A stretch of 64,000 nucleotides of DNA from the NCBI GenBank assembly GCA_963665095.1, contig OY762069.1, forward strand, positions 3,648,001 through 3,712,000. The letters run 5' to 3'. Below are positions 42,519 through 53,411 of the stretch, piece by piece. The DNA comes from an uncultured Desulfobacter sp. (GTDB lineage: Bacteria > Desulfobacterota > Desulfobacteria > Desulfobacterales > Desulfobacteraceae). Below the pieces are notes generated by a model that did not search any database, was not told the DNA's origin, and saw nothing but the letters and a program-made list of their open reading frames with translations. Positions within the stretch are counted from its first letter, which is position 1, and every line of letters starts with the position of its first letter. The translations under genes were made by a program, and so were the position numbers.

Positions 42519-43508
42519 ATGAGCCGAATTTTACTGATTACCGGTCCGGGCGGAGATGCCCAGGGCTGGGGGAATATGGCTGTAACCGAAGAGATGGCAA
42601 AGGCCATTAACGCATCCGGCAAATCTGCTGAGATTGCATCCGTGTCAAATATGGACGAATTGATCAAAGAGCTTTCTTCGCGTAAGTTCGACCTGATCTG
42701 GAGCGCTTTGTACCATGTCACGGAAAATGAAGCCACCATTGGTATGGGAGATAGCGGGGAAGACTGGGTGGCCGATGTTCTGGATAAACGCCAGATTCCC
42801 TATATCGGCCCGGATGCCGCCACCATGAAGGCCCTGATACACAAAACCACCACCCACAATATCATGGATAAGGCAGGCGTCCCCGTGCCCTACCATTACC
42901 AGATTGCCCCGGGAGAGGCCCTGCCGGACCTGGTTTTCCCTGCTTTTGTGAAACCCAGTTATGAAAGCAGGTCCGTGGGCATCAATGACAACAGTGTGGT
43001 AAATACCCCTGAGGAACTGGCAGCCCAGGTCCGGTTTATCCATGAAAACTATGACCAGCCCGCCCTGGTGGAAGAGTACCTGCCGGGCCAGGAGTATACG
43101 GTATTAATGCTGGGAAACGGAGAATATCAGGAATTTCTGCCGGGCATGGTCACGGTGGACCCCAAACTTTTAGGCAAATACCCAATCTTAAAGGCCGAAC
43201 TTCGCGGGGTGGGCGCCACCAAAATCAAACCGGTGGGAGCGTTATCCGAAAAAACCATCGACGCCACGGCCAAGGCCATGGAAGCCCTGAACTGCCTGGA
43301 TCATGTCAGGGCGGATATGCGCCTGGACAGCCAGGGGAATGTAAAAATCATTGAGGTGAACGGCATTCCGGGCCTCAAGCCCGTTAAAAGCTGGAGCCCC
43401 CAATTGTACACCCTGCATCATGCTTCAGAAAAAGGGGAAATGGAAGATTACCGCGCCCTGATTGACCACATTGTGACTTCCGCACTGGCCCGGTACGGCA
43501 TTGCCTGA
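42519..43508 (+). CDS. Divergent D-Ala-D-Ala-ligase-family ATP-grasp enzyme
   Basis: IPYIG, FVKPSYESRSVGI, LVEEYLPGQEYTV, RADMR, IEVNGIPGL. Confidence 0.85.
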   Translation: MSRILLITGPGGDAQGWGNMAVTEEMAKAINASGKSAEIASVSNMDELIKELSSRKFDLIWSALYHVTENEATIGMGDSGEDWVADVLDKRQIPYIGPDAATMKALIHKTTTHNIMDKAGVPVPYHYQIAPGEALPDLVFPAFVKPSYESRSVGINDNSVVNTPEELAAQVRFIHENYDQPALVEEYLPGQEYTVLMLGNGEYQEFLPGMVTVDPKLLGKYPILKAELRGVGATKIKPVGALSEKTIDATAKAMEALNCLDHVRADMRLDSQGNVKIIEVNGIPGLKPVKSWSPQLYTLHHASEKGEMEDYRALIDHIVTSALARYGIA

Positions 43509-43515
43509 CCCAATG

Positions 43516-43640
43516 GTGTTTGAACGATACGTCGCCCACCTGCTGCGCTTCAGGGAAATCTGTAATCCTCACAACCCCATGGGTGCTCCGGTTACAAATT
43601 TCCCTGCCCCCTGCATCCGGGCAACTTTTCGCCCAAACAC
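43516..43640. repeat. 125-bp palindromic intergenic repeat, copy 2 (inverted relative to copy 1)
   Basis: Its reverse complement aligns end to end with 24006-24130. Confidence 0.82.
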
Positions 43641-43702
43641 AGGACTTTTGCTTGGGCGTGATTTTAATTTCCGGGAAGTTCAGGAATTAAAAACAAAACG
43701 GC

Positions 43703-44578
43703 TTAAACCAGACTGCTCAGAGTATTTTCAAAGGCTGCTTTAACCATGTCGGTGATCATCTGATTCACTTTCTTGGAAGCTGTTTCCAGCAGTTCGGACA
43801 AGGAGGGTTCTGTCTCATCGGCAACCGCCTCAGACTCCTGGGTCTCTTCCTTTTCCGCCAGGCTGCTCATATAGTGATCAAATAGTTCGCTCAAGGGCTG
43901 GGTGGCCCGGGCCAGCGCTTCTTCTTCCTGCTCCTCAAGCAGCTCGGCCAGCTGTTCCATCAGAGACGTTTCCAGATCTCCGGCAGCGTCATCCGTGGTA
44001 TCTGTTTCATCGGTATCATCGTTTACAGCATCCAGAAGCGATGAGGTCATATCCTGACCCAGTGCCCCGGCACCGGAGGTCCGTTCTTCACTGTACATGG
44101 CATAGGACCGCTCCACCGTGATATCGGCCTGGTAGGTGGAGATGGAGTCGTAATACCCCATGGTCAGGGCCTTGGCCAGTGCCCCCTGCATATCCCCTTC
44201 CATCATTTCACCGATAATGCCGTCAACCCCGGATACAATGGACTCAATATCTTCAAGCTCCTCTTCGCTTAAGTCCCCTTCCACGGTAAATGTAAAGGTT
44301 TCTCCGGAACTTAGAGTAATCTCTCGCACATTATAGGAGGAGGCCGTATACCCGTCTTCATCATAAAGCACACCCTGGCTGCTGTATTCATAGGCATCCA
44401 GCTCTGAATACCGACTGGTGGACAGGGTGACCACATCCCCCTCCCGGGTCTGGATGGTCAGGCCCGCATCAAGGCTTGAATAGGAATTGACGTAAAGCTG
44501 GCTTGAAGCGGTACTGGCGTTTATCAATGCGGCCTGATTCTGCAGACCATTGGAGGTGACTTGCGGTATGCTGGTCAT
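43703..44578 (-). CDS. Highly acidic hypothetical protein
   Basis: 291-aa ORF with RBS; LTIQTREGDVVTLS and FTVEGDLSEEEL; very Asp/Glu-rich. Confidence 0.75.
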   Translation of the reverse strand: MTSIPQVTSNGLQNQAALINASTASSQLYVNSYSSLDAGLTIQTREGDVVTLSTSRYSELDAYEYSSQGVLYDEDGYTASSYNVREITLSSGETFTFTVEGDLSEEELEDIESIVSGVDGIIGEMMEGDMQGALAKALTMGYYDSISTYQADITVERSYAMYSEERTSGAGALGQDMTSSLLDAVNDDTDETDTTDDAAGDLETSLMEQLAELLEEQEEEALARATQPLSELFDHYMSSLAEKEETQESEAVADETEPSLSELLETASKKVNQMITDMVKAAFENTLSSLV

Positions 44579-44790
44579 TATCCCTCTCCTAACTTAAGGT
44601 TGTTCACGATAGCCTTTTAATCCTGTTTATGATTATCGGTTGCGGTCGTAAAAATCTGAATACTTTTAAACTTTTTTTTTAAACCGGCCTGCCCTATAAT
44701 TTAAAAAATTATGTATTCTGCTTTCCCTAAGCGACCTATTACAAATGACAGGAAAATTCAGTTTTTACATATACTTACAGTGGATCGGAA

Positions 44791-47700
44791 ATGAGCCTAC
44801 GAAAAAAAACATTGATCACCATTAGCATTACCCTGACAATTATGGTTTTTTTCATCTATCTTTTCACCAGCGTCATCCTGCTTGACGGATACAAAGGCCT
44901 AGAGGGACAGGATATTCTTCATGATGCAACCCAGGCTGAAAAAATAATCATCGCCGAAATGTGTCAACTGAAAAGCGTTGTTGGTGACTGGGCGCCATGG
45001 GATGATACATATCAGTTTATTCAAAATGAAAATCCGGCTTATGTCATAAACAATTTAATGGATTCAGTGTTAATCAACCTGAATATCAGTTTTCTGATTT
45101 TCATAAATACTAACGGGGAAATAATCCATTGCAGCCATGTAAACCTTGAAAGCGGCAATGGGAAGAGTTGCCCGGCCGCGCTGAGGGATTATATCACCGC
45201 CACGCCATCACTGTTAAGAGATGAACAGCATCTCAACACTCTGGCAGGTCTGGCGCTGCTGCCGGAAAATCCGGTTTTTCTGGCAGCAGCGCCCATTCTC
45301 ACGAGTCAATTTAAAGGCCCTGTTATGGGCACACTTGTGGCAGGACGATATCTGAATGAAACGGAAATTAAAAAAATCGCTGACAAATTGAATCTTTGCA
45401 TTTCGTTTCACCGTCTGGACGATCCGGAACTACCCGATGAAATCAAGCGTGGCGGCCAGTGGCAGGCCTCTTCTGACACCGATACGGTTATAAAGCATTA
45501 TGAAGATACCATTGCCGCATATACCATGCTGACAGATTACAATGACCGCCCGGCGCTCATATTCCGGATTGAAAAAATACGCAGCATATACAGGCAGGGA
45601 AAGACCAGCATGTATTCCTTAATTTTTTCCATGCTGGCCATCAGCGTTATGTTTATCATTGTTGTGATGCTGCTTCTTGAACGTACAATTCTGTCAAGGA
45701 TCCTGCAACTGAGCCATGAAATTAAACATATTGAGACCACCGGAAATCTGCTGGACCGGACAACTGTCAGCGGCAAGGATGAACTGGCTGATTTATCCGT
45801 GCAGATTAATCGTATGCTTGAATCTCTAAGGGTGAGTACCGAAAGGGACCTGGTTATTCTTGATTCAATTGAGGATGCCTATTTTGAATTTGATCTTGAG
45901 GGAAATCTTGTCTTTTTTAATCAATATGCAGCCACACTTATGAAAGACAGAATCACAGACTTAAAAAATTTAAATTATCGACATTTAATAGATAACGATA
46001 CATTGGATCAGGTAGATGATGCCTTTAACCAACTGTATAAAACCGGTGAGCCCATTAAAGGCCTTGAGACCCAGCTTATTTTTAAAAACGGAGATAAAAA
46101 ACTGCTGGAATCAAGGGTGTCCCTGATTAAAGACACCGAGGGGAAAAGAACCGGATTTCGTGGAATAGCCAGAGATATCACCGAGCGTAAAAATGCTGAA
46201 GAGCGGCTGAAAAAAAGTGAACAGAGACTGTCTCTTGCCCTGGAGGTCAGCCTTGCAGGACTGTGGGAAGCCAACCTGGCAACTAAAGAGTTCTCGTTTG
46301 ACAAAAAACTGTTCCATGCGTTTGGTTATTTCACCGAAGACTTCCCAAAAGAGATAACCGACATTATCAACTTTATTGATCCCCAGGACGCCCCGAGAGC
46401 CCGGAGATGTTTTTTAACATTTATCAAAGGCGTCTCCTCCTTTTACAGAGATGATTTCCAGGTGCTCACAAAAACCGGTGAAAAAAGGTGGATACATAAC
46501 CGGGCCAGAGCCATTGAGCATTTTGACGACAACAGGCCCAAAATGATTATTGGAACAGCCATTGACATAACAGATTTGAAACGGGCGGAAAAAGAACTCA
46601 GGGACAATGAAGAGCGGTACCGCACCATCCTGGAAAACCAGAAAATTGGTTATTTTGAAACAGATCTCTCCGGCAATTTTCTTTTTTTTAACAATGCCCT
46701 GTGCGCCCTTACGGAATATGATTCATACCAGTTGCAGGGTCTGAATTATAATGCCTATACAGATGCAGAAACAGCCCAAAAGCTGGAGGCCCTGTATAAA
46801 ACAATTTTTCAAACCGGTAAGCCGCTGTCAGGTATCGAATATTCAGTGGTCACAAAAAATAACCGCCAGATCACCCTTGAAACATCTATTTCCCTGATAA
46901 AGGATCCCAATGAAAATCCAGTTGGTTTCTGTGGATTGGCCATGGATATTACGGACAAAAAAAATGCCGAAATCGCAAAAAGAAACGCTGAGAGGGAAAA
47001 TCGACAGGCCCATAAAATGGAAGCAATTGGGACACTGGCCGGCGGAATTGCCCATGATTTCAATAATATTTTGACCAGCATTTTCGGATATGCCCAGTTG
47101 GCAAAAAATGCGATCCATATCCCTGCCAAGGCAGAGGGACATATTGACCAGATTATGAAAGGAGCCGGCAGGGCAGCGGGTTTAATTCAGCAGATACTGA
47201 CATTTTCAAGGCAAAAAGAGCAGGAAAAAATCCTGATCAATATCGCCATGGTGGTCAAAGAGGCGGTTCATCTGATGAGAGCATCAATTCCAACCACCAT
47301 TGATATACAGGAAAATATCTTTTCAAAGGCAAATGTATCCACAGATCCCACCCGGATTCATCAGCTGATCATGAATCTGTGTACAAATGCATACCATGCC
47401 ATGCGTAACCAGGGCGGGGTATTGACAGTTGAGCTGTCTGATGTGTACCTGCCGGATTATCAAAGCTATCCGGAGATCAACCTGCCGGCCGGGGATTATG
47501 TTCAAATCACTGTAAAAGATACCGGTTGCGGCATGGATGAAGATACATTGCAAAAGGTATTCGACCCGTACTTTACCACAAAGCCCATCGGGGAAGGCAC
47601 AGGGCTTGGACTGTCCATCGTATACGGTATTGTTGAGGATCATGACGGCCTGATAAAAGCATACAGTTCCGAGAATCAGGGTGCTGTTTTCAGAATATTT

Positions 47701-48144
47701 CTTCCTGTGGCAAAAGAGACTGCCACCCTGAAAGAAGCCGGCCCCAAACTTGTTACCCCTGGAAATAATGAAACAGTGATGCTGGTTGATGATGAAGAAG
47801 GCATCCTTTTGTCGGTCCAGCAAAATCTGCAAAATCATGGATATAGGGTCAGGGCATTCAGCAATCCGGAAGAGGCATTAAAAGCGTTTAAAGAAAATCC
47901 GTCACTGGTTGATCTGCTCATAACCGACATGACAATGCCTGGCATGACCGGGGATCTTCTGGCAAAGGATGTCTTAAAAATTCGGCCTGGAATGCCTGTG
48001 ATTCTATGCACCGGATACAGTGAAAAAATATCCGACGCCAAAGCTTTTAAGATGGGTGTCAGGCGGTTCCTCCAGAAGCCGTTGGGCATCAATAAACTGT
48101 TACAGATCGTTCGTGAAGTCCTGGATGAACCTTCAAAATTTTAA
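44791..48144 (+). CDS. Hybrid sensor histidine kinase (CHASE4-HAMP-3xPAS-HisKA-HATPase-REC)
   Basis: DWAPWDDTY, GKDELADL, PAS/PAC repeats, AGGIAHDFNN, GTGLGL, LITDMTMP. Confidence 0.93.
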   Translation: MSLRKKTLITISITLTIMVFFIYLFTSVILLDGYKGLEGQDILHDATQAEKIIIAEMCQLKSVVGDWAPWDDTYQFIQNENPAYVINNLMDSVLINLNISFLIFINTNGEIIHCSHVNLESGNGKSCPAALRDYITATPSLLRDEQHLNTLAGLALLPENPVFLAAAPILTSQFKGPVMGTLVAGRYLNETEIKKIADKLNLCISFHRLDDPELPDEIKRGGQWQASSDTDTVIKHYEDTIAAYTMLTDYNDRPALIFRIEKIRSIYRQGKTSMYSLIFSMLAISVMFIIVVMLLLERTILSRILQLSHEIKHIETTGNLLDRTTVSGKDELADLSVQINRMLESLRVSTERDLVILDSIEDAYFEFDLEGNLVFFNQYAATLMKDRITDLKNLNYRHLIDNDTLDQVDDAFNQLYKTGEPIKGLETQLIFKNGDKKLLESRVSLIKDTEGKRTGFRGIARDITERKNAEERLKKSEQRLSLALEVSLAGLWEANLATKEFSFDKKLFHAFGYFTEDFPKEITDIINFIDPQDAPRARRCFLTFIKGVSSFYRDDFQVLTKTGEKRWIHNRARAIEHFDDNRPKMIIGTAIDITDLKRAEKELRDNEERYRTILENQKIGYFETDLSGNFLFFNNALCALTEYDSYQLQGLNYNAYTDAETAQKLEALYKTIFQTGKPLSGIEYSVVTKNNRQITLETSISLIKDPNENPVGFCGLAMDITDKKNAEIAKRNAERENRQAHKMEAIGTLAGGIAHDFNNILTSIFGYAQLAKNAIHIPAKAEGHIDQIMKGAGRAAGLIQQILTFSRQKEQEKILINIAMVVKEAVHLMRASIPTTIDIQENIFSKANVSTDPTRIHQLIMNLCTNAYHAMRNQGGVLTVELSDVYLPDYQSYPEINLPAGDYVQITVKDTGCGMDEDTLQKVFDPYFTTKPIGEGTGLGLSIVYGIVEDHDGLIKAYSSENQGAVFRIFLPVAKETATLKEAGPKLVTPGNNETVMLVDDEEGILLSVQQNLQNHGYRVRAFSNPEEALKAFKENPSLVDLLITDMTMPGMTGDLLAKDVLKIRPGMPVILCTGYSEKISDAKAFKMGVRRFLQKPLGINKLLQIVREVLDEPSKF

Positions 48145-48265
48145 AGGTCAATAATTTTTACAGTCAATAACACTGACAGTCATCTCATCCTGCTATATTT
48201 TAATAAAAATTAAATGCCAGGGTCCACGAAGTCGGGCCCTGGTTCAACTTTTTTAGGAAGATGAA

Positions 48266-48751
48266 ATGACGGAAGATTTCAAATCCAAGGTCGCTTTTAT
48301 TGTCGAGACCGATGGTCTGTTAAAATATTATCTGGAGTCGGTAATTATAAAAGACATTAAATCCCAAATGGAGGACGATACCTTCAGGCGCTTAAATACC
48401 AACCATATCCATGCCTCCCTGGTTTTAAAAACCATTGCACCCTGCTCTTTGAAAACATTTGCAGCAACCCTGAGGCTGTCCAAAGCAGCGGCATCTGCTC
48501 TGGTAGACCGGATGGTCAAGGCGGGGGTCGTTCGCCGTGAGGCCAACCCTGAAAACAGGCGGGAGGTTTTATTGACTGTCAGCCCTGAATTCGCAGCCCA
48601 TACCGAATATGTCCGTTCCCAATTGACGCTATGGTTTGAAAGCCTTGCAACCACCATAGGCATGGAGACGTTTGAAAAATGGCATACCGTCATGCGCACT
48701 ATTAACGAGGTGATTCAAAAGGAGATTAATTCAGCTGATGCAGCATCTTAA
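48266..48751 (+). CDS. MarR-family regulator
   Basis: LSKAAASALVDRMVKAGVVRREANPENRREV. Confidence 0.88.
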   Translation: MTEDFKSKVAFIVETDGLLKYYLESVIIKDIKSQMEDDTFRRLNTNHIHASLVLKTIAPCSLKTFAATLRLSKAAASALVDRMVKAGVVRREANPENRREVLLTVSPEFAAHTEYVRSQLTLWFESLATTIGMETFEKWHTVMRTINEVIQKEINSADAAS

Positions 48752-49949
48752 TCCAGGCAGCTCTGTTCTACAGAATACCAGTACCACATGGTATTCTAAA
48801 ATATTTTTACCTGTGTTACTTGTGATCATGGGTGCTTATCCGCCCCTGTCAACAGATATGTACCTGCCGGCTCTGCCAGATATTGCCAGGTCATTCAACA
48901 CGTCCGAAGCCATGGTCAATCTGACCCTTGTCCTTTTTTTTGTTTTTTTTGCATTTTCAACCCTGATCTGGGGACCGGTATCGGATAAATTCGGCCGCCG
49001 TCCGGCACTGATTGCAGGCATTGGCCTTTTCAGCCTGGCCAGTGCCGGATGCGTCTGGTCGGATTCCATCAGGCAGCTGATCTTCTGGAGAACGCTCCAG
49101 GCTTTAGGGGCAGGAGCGCCTGTTACTATTTCCATCGCCATTGTTCAGGATACCTATACCGGCACTGCCAAAAAGAAAATCCTGGCAACCCTCACGGCCC
49201 TGATGATGATTGCTCCGGTTGCCGCACCAACCTTAGGGGCTGTCATCATAACTTTTGCCCAGTGGCGTATGGTGTTTGTTATACTTCTGCTTCTTGGTCT
49301 GGTATCCCTGGCCGGATGCTTTGTTATCAGTGAAACCATACCTGAAAAGAGTGAGGCGTCCGCTTTCCAGGCCTTTGGCAGCCTTTTTCAGGTACTCAAT
49401 GACCCCGTTTTTCGAAAATCCCTGGCTGCATTTTCTCTGCCTGCCCTGTATGCGCTCGGTTTTGTCGGCGGCTCAGCCCTTATCTTCATGACTGAATTTG
49501 GCGTTTCCTCCTCCTATTTCAGCATCTGTTTTGCCACCAATGCTATGTTTGCCATCCTCGGGGCCGCTATTTATGTCCCTTTACTGCGATGGATTTCCAA
49601 CGAGAAAATGATTTTGCTCTCTTTTCTGTCCATTTCAGTCAGCGGTTGTCTTATCCTTTGTTTCGGCAGTATCAGCGCCCTTGTATTTCTGATCTGTGTG
49701 CTCCCGGGAACAACCCTGACAGCATTGCTCAGGCCGCTCAGTGTGGACCTGATGATGGACTCCGGTGGCCCGAAATCCGGCGCCATCGCCTCAATGATCA
49801 ATTTCTTTTTCACCATTATCGGAAGCATCGGGATGCAGATTCTGGCCATGGACTGGGACAGCCGGGTCAAGATTTACGGAATCATGGCGATAATGACAGG
49901 GGCCGCCTGCCTGCTGATATGGGCAGAAAAAAAAAGGGCAGTCCGATAA
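48738..49949 (+). CDS. Bcr/CflA-family MFS efflux transporter
   Basis: DMYLPALP, GPVSDKFGRRP, QALG, APTLG. Confidence 0.9.
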   Translation: MQHLNPGSSVLQNTSTTWYSKIFLPVLLVIMGAYPPLSTDMYLPALPDIARSFNTSEAMVNLTLVLFFVFFAFSTLIWGPVSDKFGRRPALIAGIGLFSLASAGCVWSDSIRQLIFWRTLQALGAGAPVTISIAIVQDTYTGTAKKKILATLTALMMIAPVAAPTLGAVIITFAQWRMVFVILLLLGLVSLAGCFVISETIPEKSEASAFQAFGSLFQVLNDPVFRKSLAAFSLPALYALGFVGGSALIFMTEFGVSSSYFSICFATNAMFAILGAAIYVPLLRWISNEKMILLSFLSISVSGCLILCFGSISALVFLICVLPGTTLTALLRPLSVDLMMDSGGPKSGAIASMINFFFTIIGSIGMQILAMDWDSRVKIYGIMAIMTGAACLLIWAEKKRAVR

Positions 49950-50015
49950 CCCAACCGCGACCAACCCGTTGAGGTGTTTGAGGATCAGGCAGATACCTGA
50001 CCTGCGCATGGACAT

Positions 50016-50975
50016 TCAGCAGGTCAAAAAGCCTGCCCGGTCAGGCCCCGGATCGCTGTAACGACAGCCAATGGCATCTTTACCCGTCTCTTTGATTTTA
50101 AACATTGCCTGGTCAGCCAGGCACAGCAGATTTTTTACATCCGTTGCATCATCAGGATACGCCGAGATACCAAAACTGGCACTTAAACTCACGTTACACT
50201 TTTCTTCACTCAGGTAAACAGTCTGCTTCATACGGGTTTGAATCCTTTTTGTCATTTTAATTGCCTCTTCTTTATCAAACCCCGGCAAAACAATAACAAA
50301 TTCATCCCCACCGTAGGCAACCCCGTAACTAGGATGTGTAATGGATTCTCTGATGGTTTGCGCCACTTCCTGAATCGCCCGGCTGCCGTTCAGATGCCCG
50401 TAAGTATCCACGACATGTTTAAAATTATCGATATCCATAAATAGCAGGGCCAGAGAGGTACCGTCAGCCCGGCTGCTTTCAAGCATCTGCTCAAGTGTAT
50501 CGTAAAGATAACGTGTGTTGTAAAGGCCTGTTAAATCATCATGAATGGCCAGGTATTTAAGCTGATGGTTAATTTTTTCCAGCGCTTTCCGCGAATGGCT
50601 TAACTCCAGTTGCGTTTTAACCCGGACCAGTAATTCCGTGACATTGAAAGGCTTGGCAATATAGTCCACGGCACCGGCCTTAAACCCCTCAACTATACTT
50701 TGGGTATCGATTTTTGCCGTAAGAAAAATAATCGGAATATCCCGGGTGGCGGCACCCTGTTTCAGCCTTTGACACACTTCAATGCCATCCATTTCAGGCA
50801 TCATGATATCCAGTAATATCAGATCCGGAGGATCCGCAGCAATAAACTCCAGAGCTGACTTGCCGTCCATGGCCACACTAACCTGATAGACCTTGCTGAG
50901 AATGGACACAAGTATATCAATATTTGTCTTTGTATCGTCCACTACCATGACAGTAAAGTTTTGATTCGTATCCAT
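50016..50975 (-). CDS. REC-GGDEF diguanylate cyclase
   Basis: LLDIMMP, DDLTGLYN, DIDNFK, YGGDEF. Confidence 0.93.
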   Translation of the reverse strand: MDTNQNFTVMVVDDTKTNIDILVSILSKVYQVSVAMDGKSALEFIAADPPDLILLDIMMPEMDGIEVCQRLKQGAATRDIPIIFLTAKIDTQSIVEGFKAGAVDYIAKPFNVTELLVRVKTQLELSHSRKALEKINHQLKYLAIHDDLTGLYNTRYLYDTLEQMLESSRADGTSLALLFMDIDNFKHVVDTYGHLNGSRAIQEVAQTIRESITHPSYGVAYGGDEFVIVLPGFDKEEAIKMTKRIQTRMKQTVYLSEEKCNVSLSASFGISAYPDDATDVKNLLCLADQAMFKIKETGKDAIGCRYSDPGPDRAGFLTC

Positions 50976-51216
50976 CGATATACCCCTCTTGTTGATTGCG
51001 ATGGCAACGCCTGCACCTGAGGAAAAAATTCAATAATTTGGATACTACGTCTGTAGAATAGGAGTACCTGTTCTGTCAAGACCTAATCGGCGATTCTGCA
51101 GAGCAATCGCGTGCAACGCGTCGATAGCCGGAGGCTGATTTCTATGGGTATAATGATAATTATGTTTTATCGTTAGCAAAATGTCGTGTGGCAGTGCTTC
51201 TCACCAAGAAAACGTT

Positions 51217-51969
51217 TTATCCCGATTGAGCAGTGATTGTCCTTCTTCCATCTGTTCCACGTTCATGACAGCCCTCTTCTGTTCTTTGAACATTCAACAC
51301 TTCGAGAATGGCTTTGATAACTGATTCAGGTTGTTCATCGGGAATACCGTGACCGCTGTCTACCCAGATTTGTTTAGAACCCGGATAAAGACGGGCAATA
51401 TCTTTTCGCTTTTGGTTTGTATCATCCGCTAACGCTGATTTGTCTTTCATCGGCCGTAAAGCACTCAATACAATCACCGGCTTTCCTGTAAAAGAGGGCA
51501 GGGCCAATACCTCATCTCCCGTTCTATTAATCAACTCCAGTTCTGCTTTTGCAGTTAAGGACAAGTGCCAGCTAAAAGCGATACGAAACAAGGCAGGCCA
51601 GTTATCAATACTTCCTTTGCCTTTGAACTGATTTGGGTGGGTCGAATCAACAAGAATAAGCCCGGTTACCTCTTCAGGATATCGGCGGGCAAATAATTGC
51701 ATGTATAAGCCGCCAAGGGAGAGACCGACCAGTATATATGGGGGTGAAACCTCTGAAATAATTTTGCTCCAGCAATACATTTTCCCGTCAAGACCATTCT
51801 CAAAAATGACCGTATGGGATACGTCCGTATTTCTGATTAATGAATATTCAACCTGGCAATGATCAAAAACACCAGTTTATTTGTTAGGAACGGCTGTACA
51901 TCCGGAGACAAGTATCATTAACAAAATCCCAAAACAGATAAAATTGCGATTGAAATTTACGCTATTCAC
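51217..51969 (-). pseudogene. Alpha/beta hydrolase lipoprotein pseudogene
   Basis: GTG at 51969 after GGAGG, lipobox LVSG-C, in-frame TAA at 51877-51879, VIFENGLDG then directly YILVGLSLGG (the segment between is missing), SGH. Confidence 0.7.
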
Positions 51970-52097
51970 GGCACTCCTCCTGAATACGTACCAGATAATT
52001 ATGCAGAATAAACTGAAATAGTTTGAAGCAAATGCTATCTGCCAAAAGCCACAACCTGAAGATGGCCGTTATAAGCCATTGGCAGATACCAAATTCC

Positions 52098-53198
52098 TTA
52101 ATCCATAATCCTGACAGCCGCCTCCCGGGCCTGCTGCTGCATCATCACATCAACCAGCACAAGTGCTGCCATGCTTTCAACAATGGGAACCGCCCTTGCC
52201 ACCACACAGGGGTCATGACGGCCTTTGGCTTCAAGTGTGGCCGATTGCCCCTGAAAGTCGGCTGTTTCCTGGGCCTGGCCAATGGTAGCCGGCGGTTTAA
52301 ACGCCACCCGGAACACAATGGGTTCGCCGTTGGATATCCCGCCCTGGATACCGCCGCTGAAATTGCTTTTTGTGCCCAGCCGGTTCCCCTTTTGAACAAA
52401 GGGGTCATTATGTGCCGAACCGCGCATCCTGGCACCGGCAAACCCCGATCCGATCTCAAATCCCTTGGTGGCGGGAATGGAGAGCATGGCGTGGGCCAGA
52501 ATCGCCTCAAGCTTATCAAACACAGGTTCGCCAAGGCCAGCAGGAACATTTCTGCAGACACAGGAGACAACACCTCCAAGGGAATCTTTATCCTCTTTGG
52601 CCTTTACCACAGCAGTTTCCATGGCCTTTGCCGTTTCAGGCTCCGGACACCGGATCATGGTCTGATCCACCATGGACCGGGTTAAAGCCGTTATATCCGG
52701 TTCCGGGGATTCAATATCCGCCACCTGGCTCACCCAGGCCACAATATCAATATTCAGAGCTGTCTTAAGTATCTTATCCGCAATGGCCCCGGCACTGACC
52801 CGTCCAATGGTCTCCCGGGCAGAAGATCGCCCTCCGCCACTGGAAGCACGAATCCCGTATTTGGACTGATACGTGAAATCGGCATGGGAGGGGCGGGGAA
52901 TATCCGCCATGGACTTATAATCCCCGGGACGCTGGTCTTTGTTGGGGACAAACAGGCTGATGGGGGTACCAAGGGTAAGGCCATTTTCCGTACCGGACTG
53001 GATTTTTACCGTATCTGACTCCTGACGGTCCGTTGCCACGGCACTTTGTCCCGGTTTTCTTCTGTCCAGCTGCCATTGAATGTCGGATTCGGTCAACGGC
53101 ATGCCGGGCGGGCAACCATCCACCACCACGCCCACCCCCGGGCAATGGGATTCGCCAAAGGTGGTTATACGAAACAGTGTTCCAAATGAACTTGACAT
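52098..53198 (-). CDS. aroC: Chorismate synthase
   Basis: [38 protein letters not shown]. Confidence 0.97.
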   Translation of the reverse strand: MSSSFGTLFRITTFGESHCPGVGVVVDGCPPGMPLTESDIQWQLDRRKPGQSAVATDRQESDTVKIQSGTENGLTLGTPISLFVPNKDQRPGDYKSMADIPRPSHADFTYQSKYGIRASSGGGRSSARETIGRVSAGAIADKILKTALNIDIVAWVSQVADIESPEPDITALTRSMVDQTMIRCPEPETAKAMETAVVKAKEDKDSLGGVVSCVCRNVPAGLGEPVFDKLEAILAHAMLSIPATKGFEIGSGFAGARMRGSAHNDPFVQKGNRLGTKSNFSGGIQGGISNGEPIVFRVAFKPPATIGQAQETADFQGQSATLEAKGRHDPCVVARAVPIVESMAALVLVDVMMQQQAREAAVRIMD

Positions 53199-53356
53199 GG
53201 GTGCTTCCTTTTTTTGCATTGAAAATGCAAGTTAAGTTTAAACAAAACATTAAAACGTTCATACCTGTATTTGTCACTTTGATTTTTTAAATACAGACTG
53301 ACAGTTTTACATGAAATCAGCTGAAAATCCAGTATTGGATATGTATATGGGCGGCC

Positions 53357-53390
53357 AAAAAAAAACGTCCCGAAGACTTTTCCGGGACGT
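53357..53390 (-). terminator. Intrinsic terminator after the betaine-binding protein gene
   Basis: acgtcccg...cgggacgt stem followed by a T run on the minus strand. Confidence 0.75.
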
Positions 53391-53411
53391 CGTCAAAATA
53401 TGGGGAAAAGG

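Noticed and set aside
51090..51180. Possible degenerate attC on the minus strand after the hydrolase pseudogene (GCTAAC...GTTGCACGCGATTGCT)
   Set aside because: No terminal GTT core and no complementary L boxes.
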